Part shown: piece after piece, positions 34,198 through 59,600 of the stretch
Numbering within the stretch: position 1 is the first letter of the stretch
Layout: the number at the start of each line of letters is the position of its first letter
NCBI GenBank assembly: GCA_012295275.1
Contig: CM022672.1
Span: 31,868,001 to 31,932,000, forward strand
Reading direction: 5' to 3'
DNA length: 64,000 bases
From: Chrysomallon squamiferum
Lineage: Eukaryota; Animalia; Mollusca
Position numbers and translations under genes: made by a program
Notes under the pieces: generated by a model
Told to the model about the DNA's origin: nothing
Databases searched by the model: none
What the model saw: the letters and a program-made list of their open reading frames with translations, nothing else

Positions 34198-35224
34198 AAT
34201 CGTTTTCACTGATACGAGCAAAGAAGACAAAGAAATGTTACACATCACTGCACAAATCAAGTATATACTTATTATACTCTTGATTTGATGTTGATAATAA
34301 GTAAGGTAAAACATAGAAATAAATAAATAAATAAATAATATAGAAGTAAGATCAAGGGAACTGGTATGTTAAATTAAAAAAAAAAACACAAAAGAAATAC
34401 CCGAGATATTAAAAACGTGACTACAGATTAAATTTCATACCTCACTGCAGATCTTAGACATGTGTTTTAGAGATGGCGTTAGAGATTATTATTTGTCTTT
34501 TGTTTCCTGTGCACGTTCAAGTTAGTTTGAACAAGGGAGTGATTCAGAATAATATAACAGGAGGGTGATAGGGCCAGTACTGAGATTTGTAGAAATTAAT
34601 TGTGAGAAATAAAATTCAGAAAGGTAGCTGGCAAATAGACAGAGATCCAACAGCAACGCTGAAAACATTATAATGTTAAATGTCTCGACAGTTTCTTAGA
34701 TCGAGATATAATGTTAATGAAATAGTTATTAAAATAACTTTACAAAATTTTTCTACTGCTATAATCCCACTGAATGACGTCACATACTGTTAACGTTTGT
34801 ATGTACATATATGTATATGTATGTGTGTAAGTATGTATGTATTTGTGTGTGTATATATGTAAGTATGTATGTTTGAATCAGTGCATATTTATTCGTAGGA
34901 AGTATTTCTAGTGTAGTACGACCTCTGTTATAAATATACACATGCGTCAACTGCAAAACAACAGTTATTTTTAAATATGGTCTGTCCCGTGAACTACAAG
35001 GAAACCGAAACCGAGAAGCAATCATAAACGACAGGACATTCTAGAATTTTATTAAAAGTTTAAGTATTTTTTGTTTCTTTCTTTTTCGTCTAAAGTTTTT
35101 AACATGCTAAGATAATGTGTTACATATAGAAGAACAGATACTGGAAACTGGGATAACTTTCTCGCTCACGAATTTACAAGAACATTGAGATACACGACTG
35201 ACGCTGACGGGAGCGAAAATAAAA

Positions 35225-44894
<9,670 letters not shown>

Positions 44895-45359
44895 AAATGA
44901 ATAAACGAAAAATGAATTTGCAGTCTCAATTTCTGTTATTTTTAAGAAGCTGAATATTTCCGTAATTCTGATGGCGGGAACTATAAAGAAGAAATTATTT
45001 TTATTGGAAAGAAACAGAAAGTAATAGAAGTTCATTACTTGTATTGGAATACAGAATAAAAGGAAATAATTTGTTGCTGAATTTCTGAATTTAGTGATAT
45101 TTTAAAATTTTGTGATGAGACAGAAAAAAGGAAAGCCATTATTTACTGAGAGAAGTTTTAAATCATTTTACTGACATATTTTTAACTTATCAGTTTTGAT
45201 AATCAAGTGAAATGTTCAAAATATACTTAGAAGTGTTGTTTTTCTAGACAGGAATAAAAAAAAAGACACATTATTGTCCTGCTTGATGTAATGCAAAACG
45301 GAGGAGAGACCTTAAAAAGCTGAATATCTGGCGTGTCTAATAATGTATAGGACAAGCCT

Positions 45360-45837
45360 AGTTTCATCACAATGTAGAATTGTTTTAGTATTGATTTTAG
45401 TTACATCGCAATGTAGATTTGTTTCATTATTGTTGTTATTTTCATCCAAATGTAGAATTGTTTCATTATTGATTTTAGTAACATCACAATGTAGAATTAT
45501 GTCATTATTTTTTTAGCTTCAACACAATGTAGAATTGTGTCATTATTTCTGTCAGTTTCACCACAAAGTAGAATTGTGTCATTATTTCTGTCAGCTTCAC
45601 CATAATGTAAAATTGTGTCATTATTTTTGTTCGTTTCATCACAATGTAGAACTGTGTCATTATTTTTGTTCGTTTCATCACAATGTAGAACTGTGTTATT
45701 ATTTTTGTTAGTTTCACCACAATGTAAAATTGTGTTATTATTTTTGTTAGTTTCATCACAATGTAGAATTGTGTTATTATTTTTGTTAGTTTCATCACAA
45801 TGTAGAATTGTGTTATTATTTTTGTTATTTTTGTTTT
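45360..45837 (+). repeat. 39-bp minisatellite abutting the assembly gap
   Basis: Unit CATCACAATGTAGAATTGTGTTATTATTTTTGTTAGTTT, ~12 copies. Confidence 0.95.
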
Positions 45838-46037
45838 NNNNNNNNNNNNNNNNNNNNNNNNNNNNNNNNNNNNNNNNNNNNNNNNNNNNNNNNNNNNNNN
45901 NNNNNNNNNNNNNNNNNNNNNNNNNNNNNNNNNNNNNNNNNNNNNNNNNNNNNNNNNNNNNNNNNNNNNNNNNNNNNNNNNNNNNNNNNNNNNNNNNNNN
46001 NNNNNNNNNNNNNNNNNNNNNNNNNNNNNNNNNNNNN
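45838..46037. other. Assembly gap (200 N)
   Basis: Exactly 200 Ns, flanked on the left by a 39-bp minisatellite. Confidence 1.
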
Positions 46038-49000
46038 TAATTATTAATTAATTAATAGAATTTATTTATTTATTTATATTTTTTATTATATTATTTTCTT
46101 CTTGGATGTATTGTTATTAATAGTTGTTTAAGTTAAAGTTAATTTATTTCAGATAAAGATTTAAAATGTTGTTTTTATTTTCAGTTTTTGCTTAAAGATT
46201 AGCTGTGTTGGGTCAGTGCAAGAGAAAATAAAAATATTTACATGGATGCTCACATGAAAATAGTTTAACTTTCTCTTACTGTTTGTTTATGTCTCTGTAG
46301 CAGCCAATATTATCCTTCAGTGTTTATATATTTGCAAAACCATCAGTTTTAGTAAATACTGTTAATTTATATTGCTGTATTATTTATATGTAACATTATG
46401 TTTCTATATGCTATTCATGAGTATCATGTAGGGGCCAGTGTTGTTTTTTTATGTGATTTACTTTTTTCCTCTTGTATTCTGTGAACTACACAATAAATAT
46501 GTATCTGTGACTGGATGACATATACTGACTGTGATAACAAATGAAGTGAATTCTCAGGAAATGTGTTGTCTCTCATGTGAAGAGTTCAATGTATTTGGTT
46601 ACCCATTTTGTTAAGCTTTATATCTCAGTTTAAGCAGTTAACTTTTAAGGTATTTATGTCAAGCTGTAATACTATAGGCGATGGTGTTTTTTACTTCAGG
46701 TATTTTACCTTTTGTAATCCTAATTTTTTAAATTTTTATTAGGATACAGTGTTAAGAAAAGAATGTAAAGGTTTGCAAATATATAAAAGAATTTTGTGTG
46801 GTTTGTGATTGTATAATACTATAGCAGATTATTTAATTTGTATGGTTGTGAACTTTATGACTGTCAATAAGATAAAATGAATTTTTCAAAGATCCATTAA
46901 AACTGTCAGTCATAAGAACTCAGTCCATTGCAGCTTTTACAGTTACAACATATTTCAAATAATTTCAAAGTTTACAATCATACATTTGTAAAGTAATACT
47001 TGACAACTAACAAAAAGCAAATAATTTATCTAAACATAATACCGTAACATGAAATTATCTTTATCTAAAGATCCAATACTTCATCCAGCACATCAAAACA
47101 ATCATTCATTTTCAAATTTTATTAACATTTACTTTGAGAACTCCGATAACAATATACGTCTGAACTGAGATAAATTATCCAGGAATAACAGTTAAACAGT
47201 ATTAGAAATCTGAAGACAAAAAATTAATAATAATAAATAAAATAAAATAAATAAAATAAATAAAATAAATAAATAAATAAAAAGAAACGAAAATAAAGAA
47301 AGCAAATATTTAGGAAAAACAGATATAATAGAAAGTAAATAAAGCAAATCACTTTTCTTTTCAGTCTAATAACTATTGAAACAGCCCTATTATTTATTTA
47401 TTTATTTATTTATTATATGTAAAATAATAAAATTTAACTTCATAGCTTTTTAAAGTAATAACAGTTCACATGTGAACCTGCTGGTTTTAGGTACTTAACA
47501 AGTTATTAATGTGTTTATCTTATGATTACAAAATTGGTTGAAATTAATATTGGTTTCAGACCATTATGTGGTTTCCTGTCTATTGTCGCAGACGACAGAA
47601 GCCGGGAAGGTCCGGAATGATCCGAATGGTCACGACCAGTTTTACGATACTGGGTCAGCGAGTCTCGCGGTTTTGTTTATCAAGACTACAGTCAACTAGT
47701 ATTTGGCCTTCAAAGTTAATGTTTATTAAAATATGTTGCAAATTAAGGTAAGCCGGTACGCCCAATTTATCGAACTACGAGCAAACCTTTTTATGTGAAA
47801 TCAATATTTGAGATAAAGTAATTAATAGTGGCTCTGTAGTCACTATAGTGGTATTATAACTTATAGATAAACAGGTCAAGTCGCCCAAACGGAACTTTGG
47901 CCATTTCAAGCCCTATATTACAGTGTGTACAGTATAATATACAATATAGGCCTATATATGTATTTCGCTAAGTAATATTTAAAAATATATATGTATATAC
48001 ACATTTCTAATAATCTTGCTGTTATGAAGTGGATAGGTATATTTAAAAATTCATTTAAATTTTATTGTGTGTGAAAGACATTTATATATATATTAGCTAA
48101 TAGGAATCATGCTGGTATTTTCAAGTAAATTACAGTTGTTATTGTTCTTATTATTGTTGTTGTTGTTGTTGTTATAAAATCTTTTACAACTATTAATCAT
48201 GTATATTTGTTATATATTTATTTTGTATTTACAGATGGCTGAACTTCCACTGGAGTCCATATTGTCCAAGATGTTTATCATGTCATTTCGCTTGGAATTA
48301 TCACAGTTGTGTCCATATTGGCTGTGCAGAATGTTTTATACAAACCAGAGGTTTGAAATTCATTTTTTGTATTGGTATTACAGATCTGATTAAGCTAATA
48401 TAACATTAAACATTCATAATTATTATTAAACAAATTTTACATCAAACATCCTGTTTTGAATAAGAAAAAAAAAAAAACAAGAAAATGAATTTATTGTTTT
48501 TAAAAACAGAAAGAAGTAAAATTATGGATGAATAAAATAAATTACTTTTGATCCATCCTAAAGATTTTATTTTATTTATTTTTTTTTATTTATTTATGGG
48601 AAATAATCTTTTTTAAGAAAAATGTTTGACACAATGAAAGTTTTGTTACTAAACTGAAAAAAAAATTAAGCTTTCAAATTCCTTTTTGTTGGTTATTATG
48701 AACAATAATAAAAAACAGAACAATCTGAGAAAAATAAATTTATTCTGACTAAATAATCTGTAATTTTAATATTTTAGGTGATATTTAAATAGTAATTTGT
48801 TTTTGTTTCCAGAGATTACCAATGATAAATTGAATACTTCTTTTTTTTTTTTAGTTAATTATAATTTTATTTATTAGAGTTATCAATAATAAATGTTAAC
48901 TTTTTTTTTATGGTTTATCAATGATAAATGTAATTTATTACTTTACAGGATAAACAAGCTCTTTCTGTCCAGAAAAAAGGCCAGTTTCCTTCAGGCCAAG

Positions 49001-52000
49001 GATGACCACTTGACCGTGTGTGTAGTGCACAGTTCAGTGAAGAACAATCACTTCTCCAGTCCTGACTGTTGTACAGACTCGGACATTCAGATGTACTCAA
49101 CATGTTTGTAGACAGATGCTGGGTATATTGGACAAGTAATTCAGTTTACTACCATATTTTATAAACATTAAATTTAAAATAATAAATTACTTAATTTCAC
49201 CAGAGAATGTTTTAATATTAATATTATTATATATAATTTTTTTGTTCATTTGTAAATAATGATGTATGTTGATGCAAATATAAATACAGACTTTGTCATT
49301 GATTTAGCAATTGTGATAACATAGCTGTAAGAGGAAATAGCCAACTGAACATGTATTTTAGAAAGTTTAAATTTAAAATTAAGAATAAGATGAAGATTAT
49401 AGATTTTATTTGTTATGAATTTAAAAGAAATATATATAAAAATAAAAAAAGTATATTTTATTTTTAAATTTAGTAGATTCAAACTTAAAGCTTCTGACTT
49501 GATTTGTTCAAACTTGTGTTAAACACACACATCCCCAGATAATCAGAAATACAGTAACAACAAGAAATATTTTAATAAATACAATTTGACTTTATTTCAT
49601 TTCAGTTAAATTTTATTTCACTCTACATATATATTAGTTGAAAACATCATTTGAAATTCAAATGAAGAAATAAAATTATTATAGTCATTCTACAAAAAAG
49701 TACAATTAATGTTTTATTTTCAGAAACAAGGTGTATGTTATGTAAGAATCACTACAGAGTACAAAATCTATTTACAGAAGATTCTTACAGCAAAGAAATC
49801 ACAGGACAGTTACAGAGAATCAGATGTTTTACATCAGTGCTGTTTTAGCAGACTGAGTGATTGGTAAGTAAACTGTATGTACATTACATTTGTAATACGG
49901 TTACTGACATTTGTATTTCTAAATGTATGAATGTCATGTCTGATTTTTCACACAGGGTACAGAAATCTATTTACAGCAGATTCTTCACACCATGTTAGTT
50001 TAACTGTCTGCTTGACTGATAAATAAATGTAAATTTTTCTCTCGCAATTTTTAATAAACTTTTCCATAAGTCCTTTCACTAACCATTAAGTGTGAAATAT
50101 AATTTTAAATGGTCTATTTCAGATGATAGTTATTAATTATTATTTTTGATAATGACAGTGTGAGAGAAAAACACTCTACATTTTCACTGTTAATTAAGAC
50201 AGCTATTTTTATGTTCAGTTTTCAGTATACATTTTTTAATACATGAGTAACAGACTGCACAAAACAAGTGAGATACTATAATCTGTTACTGCTCATCTCA
50301 GCTGTCTACTATTAAGTCACAAAACAGAACCTATCTAGTCTTCATTTTACACGTCAAATTCTATAATCCACATTCAGAGGCAAATTTTATAATCAGGATA
50401 TATTAATACTGTTTATACAATTCTGAATATTATTTTAGTTTTAATAAAAACACGTTTATTTTTGTTTTAAATATTTCAGGTTTGTTTATACTGAGAAATG
50501 CTAATGATAATCATCTGTTCATTCTAAATGGCTTCTTGAGTTTGCCTCCAAGTTTTTCAAATTTTCTGATCACATTGAACAAAGCAAGCAGAAGATGAAA
50601 CATTTCAACAACAAAAAAAAAAAGAAAAGAAAAGAAGAAGCTGAATGCTTGGAGAATACTGAGAACTTCTAGAAAAATCCACACCAAACAAAAGTTTAAA
50701 AACATTACTTGTGGGAGTCATGGACTACACTTACTGAATAATTTATAAAACTGTGAATTCAGACTGGAAGTCACAATGTTGTTCATACAAGATATAGATA
50801 CATACAGACCTATATACATAATGTTTGGACCAGACACAGCAGCAAGTTCAGTCAGGTCTGTGAAAAAGACTTTTATTTTTAAAAATGATTTATGTTAGAA
50901 ATACTTGATTACTGCTTTGAAAATAAAATACACATTTTATATAAAGGTGTTTGGTCCATGGGAGATAATTTCATTTTTCTGTTTTATTTTTTGTATTTCT
51001 TATTTTATTTTATTTTTAAATCTACTGAATTATCTATACCAAGTATAAAATAACAAAGAACACCAAGACTTCTGGTAAAGATTTAGCCAATAAACTTATC
51101 TTAATAAAACAAAAAATGGAAGTAGATAATTTTGTGTGTTTCGGAAGATAAAATCAGAAATTATAAATTTTCTGAATCAATAATTTTCAGATTACAAGTT
51201 ATTTATTGAGCTTTTAACTTTTTTGTAAACAAATATCTGGTTATTTTTTTATTTCATTTTGTATATTTTATTATTATACTTTTGTTGGATAGATCAGAAA
51301 TCTTGGTATTTTTTTTTTTTTTTTTTTGTTTTCACAGCACCGTTGCCTCTCATCTTAAAAACCGTATGAAACATTTTAAAACATTTTTAATTTAAGAGTT
51401 CAGAAATATTTTATATAATGCTTTTCAATTTTTATGTAAGGATTTTTTATGACATTTTTCTAAAATTAAGTTTTTTTATATGAAAAAGTGCTTTTGATAT
51501 TAACTTGTATTCTTGTTGAAATAAATATTTAAAATTATTTTGTGTTCTATTTTTCATTTAATATTTTTATTTATATAGTTTTGGTACATTAACTTATATA
51601 TTAGTAGCTGTACAAAATTATTTGAATTTTCTGATCCAGGGTGAGTGCATGAAATGACTGTAACACAGAGAGAAAAAAAAATTACAGACTAGTTTAGACC
51701 GTTTGTTTTAAGAAAAGTAAATAAAATTTGATTACATATATTTATTTATTTGTATTTCTATAACTGAAAAACAAAACAGATTTCACCATTTTATCTAGTC
51801 AGTAAGAGAGATAAACATTTACTCAGTCTGTCAGGATAATTTCTTCATGCTGTCAAAACAGAAGTGAAAATGTCAGCCTAAGAGAAACACACTCAATTTT
51901 AAAATCTCATGTGTCACAGAATGATGTGTAGATTGGGAAAAAATACCAGACTGCAGCACCGCGAGGAGACAACAACTGTTATAGTCACTGATACTGTTTG

Positions 52001-52042
52001 GTGCTTGGAGTTGATGTGAACTTCTGCACTGTTAACCTTTTA

Positions 52043-52073
<31 letters not shown>

Positions 52074-52642
52074 TAAAGAAAAATTATTGATGCAGGCTCT
52101 AATAAAATTATTATTTAATTTACAAATATTAGTTTAATTAAAAAAATGTCTGTGTGCTTTAGATTCATCAGACACTAGTCAGAGGAGTTTTGTTAATTTA
52201 TTATCAATGTGACAAAAAGAATAATGTGGAAAGTTTTTCAATGGGTTCCAGAAAATTGATGTAATAAAATAATATTTCTGTTGAACATAAAATAATAAAT
52301 TTAAGAAAAGATAAACCTAATTTTGATTGATGTTTTAAATATGTTTCCCACCTGTTCAGTATATGATGATTAGGCCTTTCAGTGTCCTAACATTGAATCA
52401 GTGAAGTTATTTTCCATTAAGAATATGTATTTATTATATTTTCCTGAGATATGTAATTATATACAAGGATCTGAAACAAATTGTGATTAGCAATGTTTAT
52501 TTAGTCTTTGTTGAAACTCATATTTGTTACAAAAATCACATTAAATGATGTACTATTTATACAGATTTATAATAATTCCTGATTATGTATTAGAAAATAT
52601 CAGACATATTAGTAAATTTGAAATGTTCTTTATTCATGAGAG

Positions 52643-52750
<108 letters not shown>

Positions 52751-53214
52751 CTGCTTCAACTAAGGTCCTGTCTTTGCTGTTTAGAAAATAATTATGAATA
52801 ATGAATGACTGACTAACACCACTTGTTTTCGTTTATATGAGACAAAATTCTGTATTAGAATGTTCCTTATAGGCGCCCTACACGACATATGAGTAACAAC
52901 AAAACTATATTTATGTTTTACACTGTGTGAATAAAAGGAAACACAATAATAATTGTTTGATCTACATATCGTGAGACAGTGATTAGAACGGACTGCACTC
53001 ACGTTAAATAAGAAGATTCTTTTTTTCTGTACTTACATATTATGTTTCTAGGGTACCTCAAGCCGTTATTTTTATAAACATTATCGCTCCTATGGATATA
53101 CATGTAACAAACAGCGTTATAGCATGAGGCTTTTTAAACATGAAAAAATATGTGCTAGACCCGACTATAAAATGTTTCTTACCATCTTGTGTATTGAAGT
53201 TGAATTTGTATTAC

Positions 53215-53249
<35 letters not shown>

Positions 53250-54027
53250 TACGAGTTTGTTGGTTGTCTTTCTCGTCGTTGTTGAAATTATTTATCTTCT
53301 CACAATGCTGACAAATGTAAATAATTTCTTATTTTCACGGGTTATTTCTACACTTAAGGACAGATAGTGTATTAACAATGAATTTGTCAGATCGCTGTAA
53401 ATAACACCCGAGTATACCTTTGTGTGTCTCGTGTACCAGTAACACTATATTTTAACATGACCTACATAACAAGCAAACAGTCAGTGTTAGATTACATTCA
53501 CATAGTGGTCATGCAAACCTCGTTAGACAAATAAGACATGTACACTTATATTTAGTATAATGTAAAAAATATTTCTGATTATTATTACAGTTGTTGTTCT
53601 TGTGTTGTTGCTGTTACTGTTCTTATTGTTATTATTATTGTTATTATTTCTCTCTTGTTGCTGTTATTATTATTATAACTGTGTGATGCATTGTATAAAA
53701 TGTTCTGTTCACAGATATGAAGGATGTTCTTTGATCCCCCTCTCTCATTAATACATACAAAGAACAAAACATAATAACAGATATCTCAAAAACATGACTA
53801 GATACGAAACTGGATACCTCACCTGAGGTCTGTGGACGTGTATTTTAAACCTCGGTGGTAAAATCATATTTGGCCTTTTCTCTCCTGTGCACGCTCGAGT
53901 TAGTTTCAGCAAGGGACTGATTCACTATAATCACAGAGGAGGAGAACAGGGCCGGTACTGAGTCTTCAGTGTTTTCAGGATGATGAATAAAACGATATAT
54001 TTTTTGTTTCATTTTCTTTTATTTTTC

Positions 54028-54066
<39 letters not shown>

Positions 54067-55003
54067 TATGATCGATTTGGTTTCCGTTCTCTAACACTTC
54101 GTTACCTATATGCAGAGAGATATGATGTTTGCTAAAAATATTTATTGTGACGTCATCTTTCTAAAATAGCTTAGAAATCACTTTCACACATATACACATG
54201 AGTTTAAACGTGGGTGTATATGTCTGTGTGTTTAATACAATAAATAAATACAATAAATATATATATATATATATATATATCGCGTTTCTCACTGATACGA
54301 GCAAAGAAGACAAAGAAATGTTACACATCACTGCACAAATCAAGTATATACTTATTATACTCTTGATTTGATGTTGATAATAAGTAAGGTAAAACATAGA
54401 AATAAATAAATAAATAAATAATATAGAAGTAAGATCAAGGGAACTGGTATGTTAAATTAAAAAAACACAAAAGAAATACCCGAGATATTAAAAACGTGAC
54501 TACAGATTAAATTTCATACCTCACTGCAGATCTTAAACACGTGTTTTAGAGATGGCGTTAGAGATTATTATTTGTCTTTTGATTGCTGTGCACGTTCAAG
54601 TTAGCTTGAACAAGGGAGTGATTCACAGTAATCTGAGAGGAGGGTGACAGGGACAGTATTGAGATTTGTAGAAATTAATTGTGAGAAATAAAATTCAGAA
54701 AGGTAGCTGGCAAATAGACAGAGATCCAACAGCAACGCTGAAAACATTATAATGTTAAATGTCTCGACAGTTTCTTAGATCGAGATATGATGTTAATGAA
54801 ATAGTTATTAAAATAACGTTACACATTTTTTCTACTGCTATAATCCCACTGAATGACGTCACATACTGTTAACGTTTGTATGTACATATATGTATATGTA
54901 TGTGTGTAAGTATGTATGTATTTGTGTGTGTATATATGTAAGTATGTATGTTTGAATCAGTGCATATTTATTCGTACAAAGGAAGTATTTCTAGTGTAGT
55001 ACG

Positions 55004-56610
55004 ACCTCTGTTATAAATATAAACATGCGTCAACTGCAAAACAACAGTTATTTTTAAATATGATCTGTCCCGTGAACTACAAGGAAACCGAAACCGAAAA
55101 GTAGGACGGAAGCAATCATAAACGACAGGACATTCTAGAATTTTGTTAAAAGTTTAAGTATTTTTTGTTTCTTTCTTTTTCGTCTAAAGTTTTTAACATG
55201 CTAAGATAATGTGTTACATATAAAAGAACAGATACTGGAAACTGGGATAACTTTCTCGCTCACGAATTTACAAGAACATTGAGATACACGACTGACGCTG
55301 ACGGGAGCGAAAATAAAAATGTACCCGGTAATAATTCTGCTGTTTGTTTTATCTCAGATAGGTAAGTGTGTTTTAATTCTTCAAAACTGTGTTTGATTCT
55401 GTATTCATGTGTTGTGTTTGTGTGTGACGTGTGTATGTGTGTGCTCGCGTGCTTCTCTTTGTGTCTGAATTATGTTAGAAACACTTATATGTTTTAAATA
55501 CAATAAATTACTTCATTTGTGTTGTGACAAAAAGTAACCAGACGCTCTAGTGGGAACACCTCTGTTATAAATATACACATGCGTCAACTGCAAAACAACA
55601 GTTATTTTTAAATATGATCTGTCTCGTGAACTACAAGGAAACCGAAACCGAAAAGTATGACCGAAGCAATCATAAACGACAGGACATTCTAGAATTTTAT
55701 TAAAAGTTTAAGTATTTTTTGTTTCTTTCTTTTTCGTCTAAAGTTTTTAACTAAGATAATGTGTTACATATAGAAGAAAAGATACTGGAAACTGGGATAA
55801 CTTTCTCGCTCACGAATTTACAAGTACATTGAGATACACGACTGACGCTGACGGGAGCGAAAATAAAAATGTACCCGGTAATAATTCTGCTGTTTGTTTT
55901 ATCTCAGATAGGTAAGTGTGTTTTAATTCTTCAAAACTGTGTTTGATTCTGTATTCATGTGTTGTGATTGTGTTTGACGTGTGTATGTGCGTGCGCACGT
56001 ACTTCTCTTTGTATCTGGATTATGTTAGAAACACTTACATGTTTTAAATACAACAAATTACTTCATTTGTGTTGTGAGAACACCTCGACAGTAAAACACC
56101 GACTCAAACACATTTTTAAAGAATTCCTAAATCATGCTTCAACTGGAAACAGTATATTATTTCAACATACAGTTTTAATCTATAGTTTAACACAACAGTA
56201 AAACAAATGTAATTGGTCTATAATTTTTCGCTGCCCCCGCAAATTTAATTGTATTTAACAACAGTGAAAAGGTTTGAGATTATGAACACGATGTTTTTTT
56301 ATCGGTAGCCATGACTTCATCACGAGTGTTGGAAATATATCCGGAGTGATGCGACCATATCTGACATTTATTCTACAATTTTTAGAAAAGTTTAATTATT
56401 TTTTTTTTGTTTCTTCTTTTTTTTTCTTCATCTAAAGTAATTAAGATGATAAGTTAATGTTTTTCGTGTGCAAGAACAGATATTGGAAACGCGAATAACT
56501 TTCTCGCTCACGAATTTACAAGAACTTTCAGATACCCGATACACACTAAAGGAAGTTGAATTTAAAATGTTCTCTGTAATAATTATACTGTTTGTTATAG
56601 ATAGGTAAGT
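55004..56610 (+). repeat. Tandem array of promoter + signal-peptide first exon, copy 2
   Basis: Same arrangement; ATGs at 55319, 55869 and 56567 (550-bp period for the first two). Confidence 0.9.
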
Positions 56611-59600
56611 CTGTTGAGCTTAAATAAGTGTTATTATTGGACACTCGTAACTATTTAGTAGTAGCACAACTACCTGCCAGCAATAACTAATATTTTGCTA
56701 AAGTTAATAACGTGTTTTGTGTTCTCTCACTAGAGAGACAGAATGAATGACGTCTCCAGTTTTAACTCGCCCGCTGCAGACGCAAGAGCGATATTCGGGA
56801 ACACTTTCTTACGTCATAGGAGAAACTGTTTTAATCATCAAATTTTGATAAAGTATTATTTAAACTTTTAGTTAAATTTTAATAAATGTTATTTTAGTAT
56901 AATGCCTTAATTGTTAAATTCTTGAGTGCTTGGTGAGCATTCTAACTTTTCACTGAGTGAAAGTTGGTGGTACCTAAACAAAAAATGGTTGCCGAGCATT
57001 GTTTTAAAATTCTCTCTCAACACAGTGATATAGATATTAGTCTGCTACTACAAAATACAACAACAACAACAACAAAACTAATAAATAAATAACTCATAAA
57101 GTAATTTTATAACCAAAAGTACGTATATATGTATACATGTAAGTGGATTTGCATGAATGTATAAATATATATTAATTCAGTTCGATGTTTCTATCTATGT
57201 TTGTATGTATGAAGTTTGTAAGTCCATCTGTATGTATGTATATTTTTGCACCATGAATACTGCTTGATATAACCTTTTTTCAAACTGTTCAGTTTCAGTT
57301 AAGAGTTTCACATGTAAAGACAACACAGACTTATGTTTCATTGAAAACTGCAAGCCGCAAACCGAAATGAACTGTATGAAGACTTGTGAAGTTTGTACAG
57401 GTAAAGTTAAGAGGAACAGAATAGATAGACGTGATTGTTGATATGTTAAGTAAGAATAAGTAAACAGGATAGTTCATATGTTAAGGCAGGATAAAGAGGA
57501 TAGTTGGTATGTTAAGTCACAATAAATAGACAGGATAGTTGACATGTTAAGACAGGATACCAAAGAGCTAGACTTTAAGTAGGATATACATACAGGATAT
57601 GTGATAATATACACATGTCAGATAAGATAGATACCAGATATGAAGAGATATTTTAAGGAAGGCTATGTAAGCAGAATAGAACCATACTGTTCTTGGTACG
57701 ATAGACGAGCATGACAGATACTAGCACACAAAGGAAAGCTATGTATTAGGCAGGATACCTTGTATATTAAGTAGGATATGTGTACAGGTTACCAGCTATG
57801 TTAAAAAACGATATATAGACACACGGAATACTTGGCATACCAGTATACAAGATATATTTGAAAGGATAAGATATGTAGCATACCATGGCTGGGCAATTTA
57901 ATTCTGCTTTTAACATGCGATGTCGGTTTCATGAATACAGACGCGAGCGTACACACATACATACGAACAGACACATACCACATACAAAACAGTCACAACA
58001 AATGAACATTTTTCAACTCTGTTAACAAATATAACGATTTTTCATTTTGTACACATACATACTCAGCAAATCAGGATCACACACAACACAATGTAATTAT
58101 CGGTAAATGAATACGAGCAATTCTATTTTTAGATGAGGGGTGTTCTGACGGTTATTACCATGGTGATGGCGACACGTGTTATTCCTGTTCTGTCAAAGAC
58201 ACAAAAAGTTCACAAAGTTACAAAGAAAAATGTAATATTTTTTGCCCCAGTAACAAAACGCATGGTCAACTCTGTGATAAGAACTGTAGTGACAGTTGTT
58301 TGGATAGAAAATGTAACCGATGGACTGGGGATTGTGAACGTTGTCCTTTTAGATTCTCTGGACCACGTTGTGATCAGCGTTCTCAATGTAATAACACCGA
58401 CGACAAAGGCTTCTGCATCGGTGACTGTTTTCCTGGTTATTTTGGTCCAAAGTGTGAAAAAGAGTGTCCTTTGCGATGTGAAAATGAAGTCTGCAACAAA
58501 AAGACGGGAGAGTGTTTACAATGCATTGAAGGATATTGGGATAAATTTTGTCAGTTTGTTTGTCCATACAATTGTCTAAACAATTCATGTAATAAAAACG
58601 GGCAGTGCTCTCACGGTTGCAAAGATGGGTTTTTCGGAATGAACTGCTCAGAGAAATGCAGCTCGAACTGTGTACATCAGATATGTGACAGGGAAAACGG
58701 ATCGTGTACGGATGGTTGTGTTTCTGCTAAATATTACGGAGACCACTGTGACAAAGATTGCCCTCGTGGTTGTCTGAATTCTACGTGTGATAGCACAACA
58801 GGGAAATGTAAGAACGGATGCAACGGCACTGATATTTATGGGGCGTTTTGCAACTATTCTTGTGGCTCGGATTGCCGAAGTGTTCGGTGTGAAAATATCT
58901 CTGATTACGTTGAATGCAGAGCGGTTTGTGTCAGGGAAGAAAGGGAGAACATTGCAGCGATTTCTGTCCTAGGAATTGTAAAGGATCGTGTCATCAGCTT
59001 TCAGGACGATGTCTCCATGGCTGTCTTTCTGGTTACCATGGTATCTACTGCAACAAATCATGCCCCGCTACCTGTCTGGGAAGTGCATGTCATCAAAACA
59101 ACAGAACGTGTGTAGACGGATGTGTAACGTCGTTCTATGGACCGACGTGCTCAAATCGATGCAGAGACAACTGTACTGTATGTGATGCTAATGGGATCTG
59201 TATTTTGTCTTCAAATGATACTCACGACGAATGTAAGTATTCAGTATGCATACATACATAGCTACATACATACGTAGATACATACAAATATGCATACATA
59301 CATATATACCTACATACATACAAACATGCATACATACATACATACATATATATATATATATACACGTTTTCCCTCACATTGTCTTTATTAACATTGTTTA
59401 GTTATTTCAATTCTATAGTCTGATTGGCTGGTTATCGTATTTCCATATTCTGATTATGTAACTATTGTGATATCAAGGTTCTGATTGGCTATTTATTGTA
59501 TACTATATTGCGACTGGTTAAACATTTTCTGATTGGTTAACTTTTTGATTGCACTTGTTTTATTTTTATTCGTTATCTATTGTGACAGTATTTTCTAATT

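Noticed and set aside
45505-46047. Repetitive ORFs at 45505-45798 and ORFs running into X
   Set aside because: Products of the 39-bp minisatellite and the N gap.
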